64,000 bases of DNA from Candidatus Latescibacterota bacterium (GCA_965204725.1 OZ242005.1:800001-864000); one strand, 5' to 3'; positions 9,803-20,327 are shown, numbered from the stretch's first letter. Numbers and translations are program-made. The notes: a model not told the origin generated them from the letters alone.

Positions 9803-10630
9803 TTAAGACCACACGTAGATTTCCTCGTCGTCTTCGGCATAGCCAATGAAGACGGCGAGCACCGCACGCGGATTGTCCCCCTGCACCGCTGGGACCTCGT
9901 GGATGCAGCGCGTATTGAAGAAATACAAATCGCCCGGCTCGAGCGCGACCTCGCAGTGCTCCACGCCGTGCGCGGCCGCATAGTCGTGAAAACGGCCGGC
10001 GGCAATATACGGCTGTATCGCTTCGGTCCACAGGCAGCGGTGCAACACGGCTTGCACCCCAAGCCCCGCAGAATCCGCGTTTTGCACGCACAACACGCCG
10101 GCAAATTGGTGGGTAAAGCGCGACACCTCAAAGTTGAATCGCTTTTCGCGCAGGACCACGTGGTCGATGTGCGGTTGATAGGCGTGGCTCTCGTAGTGGA
10201 TGCGAAAGATGGCCGGGCCGTACAAGCGCCCGTCGCGCTCGCACGCCGTCTTAACCGCCTTGTTGGGTGCCAACGCCTGCAAGTGGCGGTAAAGCAGTTG
10301 CACTGGGTCGCGTAAGCCCGCGAAAAGGGTGGCAAAAAGCGCGTGCGTCTCCTCCGCATGAGCCAAGAACGCCTCTGGGTCGGCGCCCATGTTGCCGAGG
10401 CTGGTGCCAATGTCAACGCGCGTGCGCTCGTCGCCTTGGGCGCGCAGCAACCCGCGCTCGCCAAAGCGCTCCATCAGCCGCTGGCAATCGGCTGGTGGGT
10501 AGCTTTGGGGCAGCAAGATCGCCGGTATATCCGCCCGGGCCAAGGCGCGGAGCGGGTCGGCGCACTCGTCCGGGCCGACGGGCCGCCAAGATGAACTCGC
10601 GGCGTTTTCTTGGTACGTCGTTCTCTGCAA
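9803..10630 (-). CDS. Putative Fe(II)/2-oxoglutarate dioxygenase
   Basis: PHIDH (HxD), LEPGDLYFFN, IHEV distal His and downstream Arg. Confidence 0.7.
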   Translation of the reverse strand: MQRTTYQENAASSSWRPVGPDECADPLRALARADIPAILLPQSYPPADCQRLMERFGERGLLRAQGDERTRVDIGTSLGNMGADPEAFLAHAEETHALFATLFAGLRDPVQLLYRHLQALAPNKAVKTACERDGRLYGPAIFRIHYESHAYQPHIDHVVLREKRFNFEVSRFTHQFAGVLCVQNADSAGLGVQAVLHRCLWTEAIQPYIAAGRFHDYAAAHGVEHCEVALEPGDLYFFNTRCIHEVPAVQGDNPRAVLAVFIGYAEDDEEIYVWS

Positions 10631-10719
10631 ATCGAAAACCTCACTATAGATAGCGTTACGCGGAAAAATTCAACAAAGCCTTCCTTCAGCATGTATGTCG
10701 GCATCTACGCGATGCGTTT

Positions 10720-13545
10720 TCACAGACTCGCGAATATCGACAAAAACGCCAATCCCGCCGCTCGCGTCTCGCGCTCTCGCCCGACCACCTCCAATGAGCG
10801 TCGGTCAAAGCGCAACCCGATCTGAGTCGTCAATGCGTAGCCCAAGTACTCTCGCTGATTGCTCAACTGCGCCGCCCACACCATGCCGCGAAAATCCCCG
10901 GTCAGCACGTTGTCCGCGAGGGCCTTTTCGTCCCGCAGCAACTCGAAGAACAACCGCTGCTCAAACCCCAATTCAAGCTCTGAATTTCGCATCGCGGGGA
11001 AGCGGACCAACAGCGACCCGATCCCGTCCCAAGACCGGCTCCGACGCTCGGCCAAGGAAAAGGGCGATTGGCTGAGGAACTCGCTTTTGAAGCGGGGCGA
11101 GATCGCGACTGCGCCCCACGCGAAAACGCCGTCGATCTTGTCGACCAATCCCACAAAACCAGAGGTCTCGCGGCCATCGCGGCCCGAGCCAGCGCGCTGG
11201 TGCCACCAGTCCCAGCGGAAGCGGTGCTTCGTCGTCCAGCGTCGCGGATGGGCGTACTCCCATTCGGCGTAAAACGCATTGATCCAAGTGTCCTCGGCCG
11301 CCAGCAAATCGGGCACGGCGATGTGCTGGCCGCTCGTCTGCCCGGCCGCTCCAAATTCGAGCGTCGGCACGATCCACTGGGACAACGGATCGGGAATGGT
11401 GTCTGCGGCCTTCTTGAGCATGTCGAAAACCCGCACCCGGCCGCGCCCGGACCAATCCCGTTCAAAGGTGACAAGCCCATACGCGGTGTGGTTTTTGCGG
11501 TCGGCTTGGCGCAGGTCTTGGCGCAGGTAGCCGGCCGCAAGGCGGACTTGGGGATGGACCTCTACGCTAATATAGGCGTTGTAGCCCCAGTGGTCCTTCT
11601 TGTAGGGATAGTCGGGCAAATCGTCGTTTTCAAAACGCTCGGCCACGCCGTTGTTGTTGAGGTCCATGCCAAAGAGGAACGCCGGCCGGTCCGAGTGATG
11701 GCGCAGAAACGGCTCTTCGTAGTCGGGGAAGAAATTTCTGTTCTGGTTAAAATCAGAGATGAAATCGCCGTTTTCGTCGTACCCGGGAAAGACGGCCGGA
11801 TCGGGTACGCCGTCTGAGCGCACCTGAAAGTTGCCCAGCGCGGTCGATTGCGGCGGCACTAACCCGCCTTGGAAAAACCGCTTCTGGTCCGGGTGGCGGT
11901 CCTGATCGTCGTTGTCATCGACAAAGTCGTAGAGCCGGTCGGTGGCTTCGGGCGAATAGTCAACCAAGCCGCGGCTATCGACGGGCTTGAAACTGGTGGC
12001 GTAGGCGTCGTCCATGCCAAAGCCTTCGAGGGAGAAGCGCCACGGGGGGGCGTACCGCACGAGATTGAACAGCCAACCCACGGCGTGGGCGTCGCCTTGA
12101 ATGCCGGAAAACGAGCGATGCGAGGTGCGCGTCGTCGAAGGGAACTGGCGGTACTGGGTGCTGACGTTGAACTCGCCGTACCAGTCGAAGCCCCACCAGT
12201 CGCGCACCTCGGCCGTAATACCGGCGACCTGCAAGGCGGTCGGCAGGCCGTAGTCAAATACGACCTCGCGCGGATTGAGCTGGTTTTTGACGTTGCCAGC
12301 GGCCCGCGTCACCACCAGAAACTCCGGGATGCCAAGGCGGTTGTTCTGCCGGTCCGAGGCCACTTCGATCCGGTAGTCGTTGGCTAAAACCAAGCGGAAG
12401 CGCACGTTTTTGACGCGGGTGATGGCGTCGTCGGCCTCGTCCAGCCCCAGCCCCAATCGGCGCTGCAAGGCCAAGCGCAAGGTGCCCTCTTCGCTTTCGC
12501 CCTCTTCGGCCGCCAACGCATATTGCAGCACAATGCGCTCGGTTCCCTCGGCCCGCAAGAACCCACCGCGTTCCTCCCCACCCTCTATCACCGGCCCAAA
12601 GCCAATGCTGCTGCCGGTGAACGTGGTGTCCTTAAAGACCATCCGCTCCCCGCCTTCCACTGGCACCGGCCGCCGGAGGGCGGTGGTGATCTCCACCTCG
12701 GCGCTGAACAACACCGGCCCGCCCACGCCGTCGGCGGGCGAATCGTCGGACAGCCGCACGATCAGCTTGTTGAGCCGCCGGCCCAACTGCCCGGTCGTCA
12801 GCACTCCTTTGAGGGGATTGCCGGCAAAGCTCTCGCGGTTGCCGGCCCCATTGTGGGCGTTGACCAACGTCAGGCCCAAGGTCGCGTGGGCACCCCAATC
12901 GGCCTCTAGGCGACCGGCGACCAAGCTGGTGAAGTTGTCCTGCGCGGCAGTCGGAATATCCGGGTCGATCTCCACGATGGGTAGGCTCGGGCGCGCAAAC
13001 AAGCCGGTGAAGCGAAAACGCCGCCCGGCCAAGCTGGTCACCACGCCATTGAAGCCGACCTTGCGAAAGGTCATCGGCGTCAGGGTGGCGAAGATCTCGT
13101 CGCCGATCATCAGCGAGTAGTTGTAGTCGCCGCTGGCATCCGAAGAGATGATCAGCCGGTTGAACCAAGTGGCGTACCGCCGCTCTTTGGTCAGCTCGCT
13201 GCTGGCGACCGTGCGCGCCTGCGTCTGTCGCCAGTCGTACACCAGCCAGCCGCGCGAGACCAGCTTGCCGTAGGTATCGTAGAAATGCGAACCCTCCTGA
13301 TTGCGGTCAATGTAACGCCGGTACGGCTCGGTGGCATAGTTGGTGTAACGCCACTGGCGGCGGCCGTACTCGTCGAACAATTCCTGCGGCATGTACCAGC
13401 GCATGACCGTGGGGTCCAAAGCACCCATCAGCACACTCGGCCCTTGGGCCTCGAAGCGGACTTCGCCCCGTTCCGGCCGCCCGGTCTGCGCTCCGCCCGA
13501 CACGGCCAGTGCCAAGACCAACGCTATGTTAGCTACCCAACGCAC
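10720..13545 (-). CDS. Large secreted/outer-membrane hypothetical protein (paralog B)
   Basis: Signal peptide, acidic DDNDDQDR motifs, amphipathic beta-like C-terminus; clear paralog of 15134..17911. Confidence 0.85.
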   Translation of the reverse strand: MRWVANIALVLALAVSGGAQTGRPERGEVRFEAQGPSVLMGALDPTVMRWYMPQELFDEYGRRQWRYTNYATEPYRRYIDRNQEGSHFYDTYGKLVSRGWLVYDWRQTQARTVASSELTKERRYATWFNRLIISSDASGDYNYSLMIGDEIFATLTPMTFRKVGFNGVVTSLAGRRFRFTGLFARPSLPIVEIDPDIPTAAQDNFTSLVAGRLEADWGAHATLGLTLVNAHNGAGNRESFAGNPLKGVLTTGQLGRRLNKLIVRLSDDSPADGVGGPVLFSAEVEITTALRRPVPVEGGERMVFKDTTFTGSSIGFGPVIEGGEERGGFLRAEGTERIVLQYALAAEEGESEEGTLRLALQRRLGLGLDEADDAITRVKNVRFRLVLANDYRIEVASDRQNNRLGIPEFLVVTRAAGNVKNQLNPREVVFDYGLPTALQVAGITAEVRDWWGFDWYGEFNVSTQYRQFPSTTRTSHRSFSGIQGDAHAVGWLFNLVRYAPPWRFSLEGFGMDDAYATSFKPVDSRGLVDYSPEATDRLYDFVDDNDDQDRHPDQKRFFQGGLVPPQSTALGNFQVRSDGVPDPAVFPGYDENGDFISDFNQNRNFFPDYEEPFLRHHSDRPAFLFGMDLNNNGVAERFENDDLPDYPYKKDHWGYNAYISVEVHPQVRLAAGYLRQDLRQADRKNHTAYGLVTFERDWSGRGRVRVFDMLKKAADTIPDPLSQWIVPTLEFGAAGQTSGQHIAVPDLLAAEDTWINAFYAEWEYAHPRRWTTKHRFRWDWWHQRAGSGRDGRETSGFVGLVDKIDGVFAWGAVAISPRFKSEFLSQSPFSLAERRSRSWDGIGSLLVRFPAMRNSELELGFEQRLFFELLRDEKALADNVLTGDFRGMVWAAQLSNQREYLGYALTTQIGLRFDRRSLEVVGRERETRAAGLAFLSIFASL

Positions 13546-13548
13546 GGT

Positions 13549-15150
13549 TCACAGCTTTTCCAAGCTGCCTTCGACAATTTCTACCGGGTACTTATTCCGC
13601 AAATGGCGCACGAACCGCACGTACTCCCTTTTCGACTTGTCGATCCGCACATAAGCCCGAGCGCGGCGCTGGGACTCGGCGTTGTACGGAATCGGCTCGC
13701 GGGTGCGCTCCAGCACCTTAAAGACCGAATAGCCTCGCTCGGTCTTCAACGGCCCGCCCACCTCGCCGACTGCGACCTCCCGCACGGCCGCCGACAGCAC
13801 GGGAAACAGCCCTTGGGTGTAGGCGTTGATTTGCATCTGGCCGTCGTGGTGCAAGCTGCCTTCGCGCTGGGTGTGGTGCTGGGCCAACGCGGCCGCATCG
13901 CCCCCGGCGCGCAACTCGTCGGCCAACCGCTGGGCCAGCGAATCCGACGCCACCAAAACCTCGACGATGGTCGCGGTTTCGGGCCGGGTAAACTTTTCGG
14001 GATGCGCGTCGTAAAACGCCCGCGCCTCTTCTGCGCTGACGCGCACATGCTGATCGACCTCCCGGCGGCGCAACGCGCTGAGCAGCAGCTCCTCGCGCTT
14101 AAACGCCACGGTCTCTTTGAAACGCGCATCCTCGGCCAAGCCGGCCGCCTCAATCTCGGCCGTCGCGAACAAGTCGGGCAGCACCCGGTCGTGCAAAAAC
14201 TCGGCCACGTGTGCGCTGTCGGTCGCCTGTAAGCTCCGGCCGGTGAGCCGCTCGTAGGCCGCCAAAAAACCGCCGATGGTGAGTTCGCCGCCCCGATACG
14301 CACACAGGACTTGGGCTTGGTCCGCCATGACCCCGCGCTCGACGAGCTGCTCAATCGCGGCCGGACGCGGCGCGGGCGCGTAGGCTTGCCCGAGCGAATC
14401 GCGGAGCGACTGCAACCGCTCTTGGCGCTTTTGCACCGTCAGCTCTTCGACGATGACCTGCTCCGACGCGCTCAGGGGCGCTGGAATCTCGTCGAGGACT
14501 TTGTAGATCACGTAATAATCCTCATGGCCGAAAACCTCGCGCACCGGCGCGGAAACGCCCCCGATCGCCAACCCGAGGACCTGTTCGACCGTCTCCGCCG
14601 ACATCTGGTCGCGGGTCTGGTAAATGCCGGTGTCGCCGCCCCGCACCGCGGTCTTCGAGTGAACCGAGTGTGCGCGAGCCAGCTCGTGGAAATCGGCACC
14701 GGCCGCGAGCCGGTCGGTAATCGCCCGGGCCTCCGCCAAGCTCGCGACCATGATGCCGCCCAAGCGCAGGGCGCGGTGCCGGCCACTCTCGCGGTAGTGC
14801 CGCTCTATTTCTGCGGGGGTCATTGCGATCTGGGCGACGATCGCGTGCTCCATGTACAGTGCCATCAGCCGAGCGCGTTTGAAGCGGGCCAGCTCGCCTT
14901 TGAACCAACCGTCTTCCGCCATATTGGCCGCGTCCGCTGCGCGCAGGAGCAGCTTTTTGTCGATCAGGCTTTCGAGCACTTGGCGCGGCCCTTCCTGTTT
15001 CATCCCCGCGGGAATCCGCGCGTCGAAATCCCGGAACTCGGCCGCGGTAATCGGCTCGCCATCCACTCGGGCCAGCACCCGCTCCTCGGGCGATTGGGCG
15101 CAGCCGAGGGCTGCGAGCACCAGCAAACCGGCCTCACTCCAGACCGGCAA
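13549..15150 (-). CDS. Parvulin/PpiC-type peptidyl-prolyl isomerase, probable lipoprotein (SurA/PrsA-like)
   Basis: LLVLAALGC lipobox; VLARVDGEPIT; GADFHELARAHS...RGGDTG; second domain ending GPLKTERGYSVFKV; start (TTG 15150) uncertain. Confidence 0.85.
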   Translation of the reverse strand: MPVWSEAGLLVLAALGCAQSPEERVLARVDGEPITAAEFRDFDARIPAGMKQEGPRQVLESLIDKKLLLRAADAANMAEDGWFKGELARFKRARLMALYMEHAIVAQIAMTPAEIERHYRESGRHRALRLGGIMVASLAEARAITDRLAAGADFHELARAHSVHSKTAVRGGDTGIYQTRDQMSAETVEQVLGLAIGGVSAPVREVFGHEDYYVIYKVLDEIPAPLSASEQVIVEELTVQKRQERLQSLRDSLGQAYAPAPRPAAIEQLVERGVMADQAQVLCAYRGGELTIGGFLAAYERLTGRSLQATDSAHVAEFLHDRVLPDLFATAEIEAAGLAEDARFKETVAFKREELLLSALRRREVDQHVRVSAEEARAFYDAHPEKFTRPETATIVEVLVASDSLAQRLADELRAGGDAAALAQHHTQREGSLHHDGQMQINAYTQGLFPVLSAAVREVAVGEVGGPLKTERGYSVFKVLERTREPIPYNAESQRRARAYVRIDKSKREYVRFVRHLRNKYPVEIVEGSLEKL

Positions 15151-17911
15151 ACACCGTGATAAAGGTCGTCGTCTCATTCTGGCTCTTGTCGTCGGTTGTG
15201 AAAACGCCCGGCCGGTCGCTCGCTTCAATCACCCGCTCGCGCAGGATGCGGCCCAAGCGCAGGCCCGCTTGCGTGGTCAGCCGGTATCCTTGGTAATCGG
15301 AGGTAGTCGAGAGCTGGACCGCGAGGTGGGTCTCGCGCGAGTCCCCGGTCTCCTGCAAAAGCCCGGCCGCCCGCAGCGCGTCCTCGTCCTGCACCCGGTC
15401 GCTGAACCATAGCTGCTCCACGCCCGCTTCCAAGACGGTGCGCCGCATGACCGGCAAGCGGGCGATCAACTGGGCGGTCAGCGTCCATTCCTCGCGCCGC
15501 TCCTCGTCGGCCACAAAGGGAGTTTGCCGCAAAAACTCGCTCTTGCACCGCGGCTGCAAGTCAATGCGGCCCAAGCCATAGACGTAGTCCACCTTGTTGA
15601 TCAGCCCCAAGAAACTCGCGCTGCTTGCCAGCGGGCGACCGATGTTGTCGCGCGGCTCTGGGGCGTTTTGGTGGAAGTGTTCCCACTTGAGCTTGTTGAC
15701 CACGTTCAGCCCTTTGATGCCCTGATAGTCGAACTGCGCGTACGCGGTGTTGACCCAAGTGTCTTGCGCCGCCAAGAGGTCGCGCACCACCGGCTGGATC
15801 GGCGCGCCGACAAAGGGGGTTGGCTCGCGCCGAGCGTCGGGAATGGTGTCCTTGGCCTGCTTGAGCATGTCAAAGATCCGCAAGCGTCCCAAGCCGGCGT
15901 AGTCCCGATCGAGCGTGAACATCGCGTAATTGGTTTTGTTGACCGCGTCGGTCGCCGGTGCTCGCTCATCCGTGCGCCCAATGGTCAGCCGCACCTCCGG
16001 CGCGAGGTGGAGGCCGGCAAAGAAATTGTAGCCCCGCCGGTCTGGCTTGTACGGGTAATCGGGCCAATCGTCGTCTTCAAAGCGGTCTATCCAACGGTTG
16101 TTGTTCAAGTCAATGCCAAAGAGGAACTCCGGGCGATCGACGTTGTAGCGCAAAAACGGCTCGTCGTAGTCCGGGACGATATTGGCGGCGGTGGCGTTGT
16201 CGTTTTGGTTGAAGTCGGAGATGAAATCGTTGTTTTGGTCCCAGCCGGGAAAAATGGCTCGGTCGTTGGTCGAGCCAAAGCGGATCCAGTCGGGGAAGCG
16301 GTCTTGATCGTCGTTGTCATCGACGAACTCGTACCAGTGCCGCTGGGTATTGTCGTATTGCACGTCGCCCGTGGTGCTGACCAAGAAGGCCGTCGTCGAA
16401 TAGGCTGCGTCAATAGCGTAGGCTTCGCCGTAGAGGAAGTAGGGGAACGCACTGCGCGAGACATGGAAGTACCAAGCGTCGGCGCGCTCGGCCGAGATCG
16501 CGTGTTCTTCGCCCTCGTTGAACAGCGCGGCATTGGGAAACTGGAAATAGCGCTGGTTGCGGTCCCACTCGCCGTACAAGTCGAAGCCGAGGACCCCCGT
16601 GCCCTCAATGGTAAAGCCGCCGACTAGGTTGGCCGTCGGCAGCCCGTAGGAAAACTCAATCCGCTGCAAGTTCGTGATGTCCGCGACATTGCCCTCGGCC
16701 CGCCGCACCGCAATCAAGGCCGGTTGCGCCGCGTCGAGTACCTCGGCGGTCAACGGCGCGGGCGGGACGGCCCGCAAGCCCGTCTGGCGGTCGGACCACA
16801 TCTCGACCTTGAAGTCGTTGGCCAGCACGTAGCTGAAATCCACCCCGACGATGGTCGTCGGGTCTGGCCCGACATACCCCGGATCGTTGAAGTCGTAGTT
16901 GACGATGATGCGCTCCGGGCCGTCCGCGGCCAAAAAGCCCGGCCGCCGGAACCCGCCAAAGACGATCGGCCACTGCGAGCCGGGCCGGACCACCTCCTGC
17001 AAGGTGGCAACCGTCTCGCGGCCGGTGTCGAAGTCGCGGCTAGTAATCCGCACGTCGTGGCTGAAAAGGGCCGCCCCCCCTTCGTTGTCCTCGGGCGAGT
17101 CGTCGCTCAAAATCACCGCAATCGCCGTCAGCGGGGCCGTGCTCTGCCCAGCGGTCAGGCTGCCCGCGACCAAGTCGCCGTTGAACATGTCGAGCAGCGT
17201 ATTGCCGTTGCTGGCGTCTATGACTTGAGCGCCCAGCTCGACGAAATCCCCTAGCTGAAAGGTCGCCCGGCCGCCGAACAACGAGGTGATGTTGGTCTGG
17301 GTCACCGGCTCGGTAATCCCGCCCGAAAGCTGGGTGGAGCCGCGGATCGGCTCGCTGATGCGCGAGGCGAGGATCGTCGCTTGGTACTTGTCCGCGGCAA
17401 AATCCACTTGCACTCCGTTGAAGTCCGGCTTGGAAAAGGTCATCGGCGTCAGGGTCGTGCGAATCCGGTCGCCGACCGTAATCGCGTAGTGGTACTGCCC
17501 CTGCGAGTCGCCGCTGATGGTCACCGCGTTGAACCAGCGGTTGAAGCGCGTACTCTGAAAAATCCCACTGCCCAAAGGCTGCGGCTGGAATTGCCGCCAG
17601 TCGTAGATGAGCCAACCGCGCGTGGTGAAATTGCCGTACACGTCGTAGAAGTAGTCGCCCTCGCGGGTGGTGTTGACGTAGCGCTGGTAGGGGGTGCGGG
17701 CGTAGTTGGAGTACTCCCACTGCCGCCAGCCGTAGTCGAAGAAGAGCTCTTGCGGCACGTACCACTTCTTAACCGCCGGGTCAAGCGCCCCAAAGAGCAC
17801 GCCCGGGCCGGTAGGCTCAAAGCGGACGGCCCCGCCGCGCTGGACGTAGGCTTGGCCCCAAGCCGGAATGCCGGCGATCAGCACCAGCCAGACGGCGAAC
17901 CATTTCCCCAT
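15134..17911 (-). CDS. Large secreted/outer-membrane hypothetical protein (paralog A)
   Basis: MGKWFAVWLVLIAGIPAWG signal peptide from ATG 17911; shares many motifs with 10720..13545. Confidence 0.85.
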   Translation of the reverse strand: MGKWFAVWLVLIAGIPAWGQAYVQRGGAVRFEPTGPGVLFGALDPAVKKWYVPQELFFDYGWRQWEYSNYARTPYQRYVNTTREGDYFYDVYGNFTTRGWLIYDWRQFQPQPLGSGIFQSTRFNRWFNAVTISGDSQGQYHYAITVGDRIRTTLTPMTFSKPDFNGVQVDFAADKYQATILASRISEPIRGSTQLSGGITEPVTQTNITSLFGGRATFQLGDFVELGAQVIDASNGNTLLDMFNGDLVAGSLTAGQSTAPLTAIAVILSDDSPEDNEGGAALFSHDVRITSRDFDTGRETVATLQEVVRPGSQWPIVFGGFRRPGFLAADGPERIIVNYDFNDPGYVGPDPTTIVGVDFSYVLANDFKVEMWSDRQTGLRAVPPAPLTAEVLDAAQPALIAVRRAEGNVADITNLQRIEFSYGLPTANLVGGFTIEGTGVLGFDLYGEWDRNQRYFQFPNAALFNEGEEHAISAERADAWYFHVSRSAFPYFLYGEAYAIDAAYSTTAFLVSTTGDVQYDNTQRHWYEFVDDNDDQDRFPDWIRFGSTNDRAIFPGWDQNNDFISDFNQNDNATAANIVPDYDEPFLRYNVDRPEFLFGIDLNNNRWIDRFEDDDWPDYPYKPDRRGYNFFAGLHLAPEVRLTIGRTDERAPATDAVNKTNYAMFTLDRDYAGLGRLRIFDMLKQAKDTIPDARREPTPFVGAPIQPVVRDLLAAQDTWVNTAYAQFDYQGIKGLNVVNKLKWEHFHQNAPEPRDNIGRPLASSASFLGLINKVDYVYGLGRIDLQPRCKSEFLRQTPFVADEERREEWTLTAQLIARLPVMRRTVLEAGVEQLWFSDRVQDEDALRAAGLLQETGDSRETHLAVQLSTTSDYQGYRLTTQAGLRLGRILRERVIEASDRPGVFTTDDKSQNETTTFITVFAGLE

Positions 17912-17916
17912 AGCGT

Positions 17917-20178
17917 TCAATAAACCACGCCCACGCCCGCGACCACTCGGGCGCGGCCGGTCTTGGCGTCGAGCGCGACGCTGAACACGTAGTGCCCCGG
18001 CGGCACCAACTCGCCCGCGTCGTCGCGCCCATCCCAAGGCCGCGCAAAGCGCCCGCTCTCCGCCAGCGCGTCGGCCAGAGTCCGCACCGGCCGGCCGGCC
18101 AAGTCGAAAATCGCCACCCGCAGCCGCGTGGGGCGGCCCACATTGGTCAAATCGTATTGCAGGTCTGCCCGGTCGTTGACGCCGTCCCCATTGGGCGTAA
18201 AGACCGGCGGCTGGGCGCGCACATTGATCAGCAACTCGCCCGAGATGGGCACTTGCACCGACAGGTTGCCGGCAAAGGGCGTCCCGAGGGCCTGCGCGTC
18301 GAGATCGCCCTCCCCTAAATCGGCCGCATTGCCGGGGACTACGCGCTGCCCCAACGGGCCGGCGGTGGTGTTAAACACTTGGCCGCTAAACATGGTGCCG
18401 AAGCGCAGGACCGCGCTGGCAAAATGTACGCGCAATTCCGTGCCGTCCGCGCCTACGACCGGGAATTCGAGGGTCAAGGCATCGTCGGCCACCGCTACGA
18501 CCGCAAAATCGCCGCGCACCACCGGCAACTCGTCGAGCACCGCGCCGCTGAAATCGGCGACCAACTCGTCGCCTTCCGGCGGCCGGATCTGCACCGTGCC
18601 GACTCGCTCCACTTTGAGCGGCGTGGCGATCCGCAGGCGATTAAAGCCCCGATCTCGGCCGGGGCGGAACTTGCTCCGCACTGCGTAGGTGAACTCCGTC
18701 TCCTCTCCTACGGCCGCGCTGCGGGGGCCGATCTCGGCGATCAATGCCTCGGCCAGCGGCGATGGCAGCACGTCAAAGGAAAGGCCCCCAACGCCCGTGG
18801 CCGCCTCAAAGTCGTCGCTGAAGAACTCGATCATAAACTGGAAATAACGCCGCGGTCCGGGCGAGACGACCGGCCCGCCCGCGCCCTCGCTGCCCAAAGC
18901 GGTCGGGAGGACGATGCTGCTCGGGGGATAGGGCGGCGACCACGCGCTCCAGTTGCTCACATCGTTGCGAATGGTCGCCCGTGCGCCGCGCGGGAGCTTT
19001 TTGTAATCGGCCTCAGTCAACGTCACCTGCGCCCGCTCCTCCGGCGAGAGCGCGTTAAAGGCTTGCACGGCGTCGCGCAAATCCACTTCCTCGTTGTCGA
19101 GGACCGCCTCGACCAGCGCTTGCAGCGCCTCGTCTTCAATGTCTGGGGCGAATTTCCACGGCACCCCCACCTCGCGCGCACTCAGGCCGCTGCTGATTCC
19201 AGTGCCGCTGCTGACCCCGGCCCCATCGGCCTGCAACCCGACATTGCCCCCGCCCACGCGGAAGATCGACTCCCCGGGCCGCACCTTGTTGAACTCCACC
19301 GGCTCGGGATCAACGCCCGTGCGCGTGCGCACCGCAATCCGCGACAGCGGCGGGTCGCCGACCTGCTCCTGCACCCAGCGCAGTTGGCCCAACAGCGCCA
19401 GATCGCCAAAGTCGAAGATGTTGGAGATATAGACGGCCTCGGGCACAAAGCCCGTGCCAAAGACTTGGAACTCGGCGAGGTCAAACCCGAGGGCCGTCAG
19501 GGATTTGAGCCGCACAAAGCGCACGTATTGCGGCGGGATGCGCACATCGACGACCGCCTCTTCGTTCTGGCCTTTTAGCACCACACTCGTGCGGATGGGC
19601 ACTCCCTCGCGCTGGGTGTCTGGCGTACCGTCGTTGATGAAAATCTCAAAGCTGCGCATGAAGTCGTTCTGGAAGGGGAAATTCGGGGCGGGGAATTCGG
19701 GCGCGGCGTTGCGCGGAAAAAAGCGGAAGCGATTGACGCCAAAGCGCGCCCCCAAGTCGAGGTCAATGATCAGCCCCAACACTTGGGCACTCTTGGCGCC
19801 GGCACTCAAGCGCAGGTCGAGTCCGCTTTGGCCGTCGTCGTCGATGAGCTTGGCGAGCTCGCCGCGCACGTTGAGGTTGTTGGGCGACGTGATCGAGCCG
19901 CCGCGCGCCTCGGTGTTAGCACCGAGGGCGATGTTGAGTGTGGTATCGGCCCGCTGGGGAAAAATCCAGTTGGCAAAATCAGGAGGTGCAAAGTCGATGA
20001 CGCCGCCGGGCGCGTTGGTGTTCTCAACGCTTTGGGCCCCGCGAATAACCTTGGCTTGGATCGCGCCGCCCCCACTGCGCCAGCCCAGCCCGCTCGCGCC
20101 GACGACGATGGTATCGGCCGCAACGGGCAGGCCGCTAAAGACGGCGATGAGTACGGCGCGCAGGAGGGAATATCGCAT
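17917..20178 (-). CDS. Secreted protein with discoidin-like region and C-terminal FlgD-Ig / gliding-motility-CTD-like domain
   Basis: Signal peptide; IDLDLGARFGVNRFRFFPR; C-terminal FTPNGDGVND, IFDLAGRPVRTL, WDGRDDAGELVPPGHY. Confidence 0.85.
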   Translation of the reverse strand: MRYSLLRAVLIAVFSGLPVAADTIVVGASGLGWRSGGGAIQAKVIRGAQSVENTNAPGGVIDFAPPDFANWIFPQRADTTLNIALGANTEARGGSITSPNNLNVRGELAKLIDDDGQSGLDLRLSAGAKSAQVLGLIIDLDLGARFGVNRFRFFPRNAAPEFPAPNFPFQNDFMRSFEIFINDGTPDTQREGVPIRTSVVLKGQNEEAVVDVRIPPQYVRFVRLKSLTALGFDLAEFQVFGTGFVPEAVYISNIFDFGDLALLGQLRWVQEQVGDPPLSRIAVRTRTGVDPEPVEFNKVRPGESIFRVGGGNVGLQADGAGVSSGTGISSGLSAREVGVPWKFAPDIEDEALQALVEAVLDNEEVDLRDAVQAFNALSPEERAQVTLTEADYKKLPRGARATIRNDVSNWSAWSPPYPPSSIVLPTALGSEGAGGPVVSPGPRRYFQFMIEFFSDDFEAATGVGGLSFDVLPSPLAEALIAEIGPRSAAVGEETEFTYAVRSKFRPGRDRGFNRLRIATPLKVERVGTVQIRPPEGDELVADFSGAVLDELPVVRGDFAVVAVADDALTLEFPVVGADGTELRVHFASAVLRFGTMFSGQVFNTTAGPLGQRVVPGNAADLGEGDLDAQALGTPFAGNLSVQVPISGELLINVRAQPPVFTPNGDGVNDRADLQYDLTNVGRPTRLRVAIFDLAGRPVRTLADALAESGRFARPWDGRDDAGELVPPGHYVFSVALDAKTGRARVVAGVGVVY

Positions 20179-20327
20179 GGGTGTTTGTTACGCTTTTCCG
20201 CCGGACTTGTCAAGAATTCGCCGCGCCGGCCGCAAGGGGCATTGCCAAAAAGTTGCAGCCGGGTACTCTTAGAATCGTTCTTAACACTCCTGTTGCTTTT
20301 GGCTCGTCTTGCCTGACGACGCGAGGG

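Noticed and set aside
8972-10315. Long antisense ORFs (this one, 15524..16627, 18379..19578, 22876..24018 and others)
   Set aside because: Typical stop-poor shadows opposite well-supported genes in GC-rich DNA, with no motifs.
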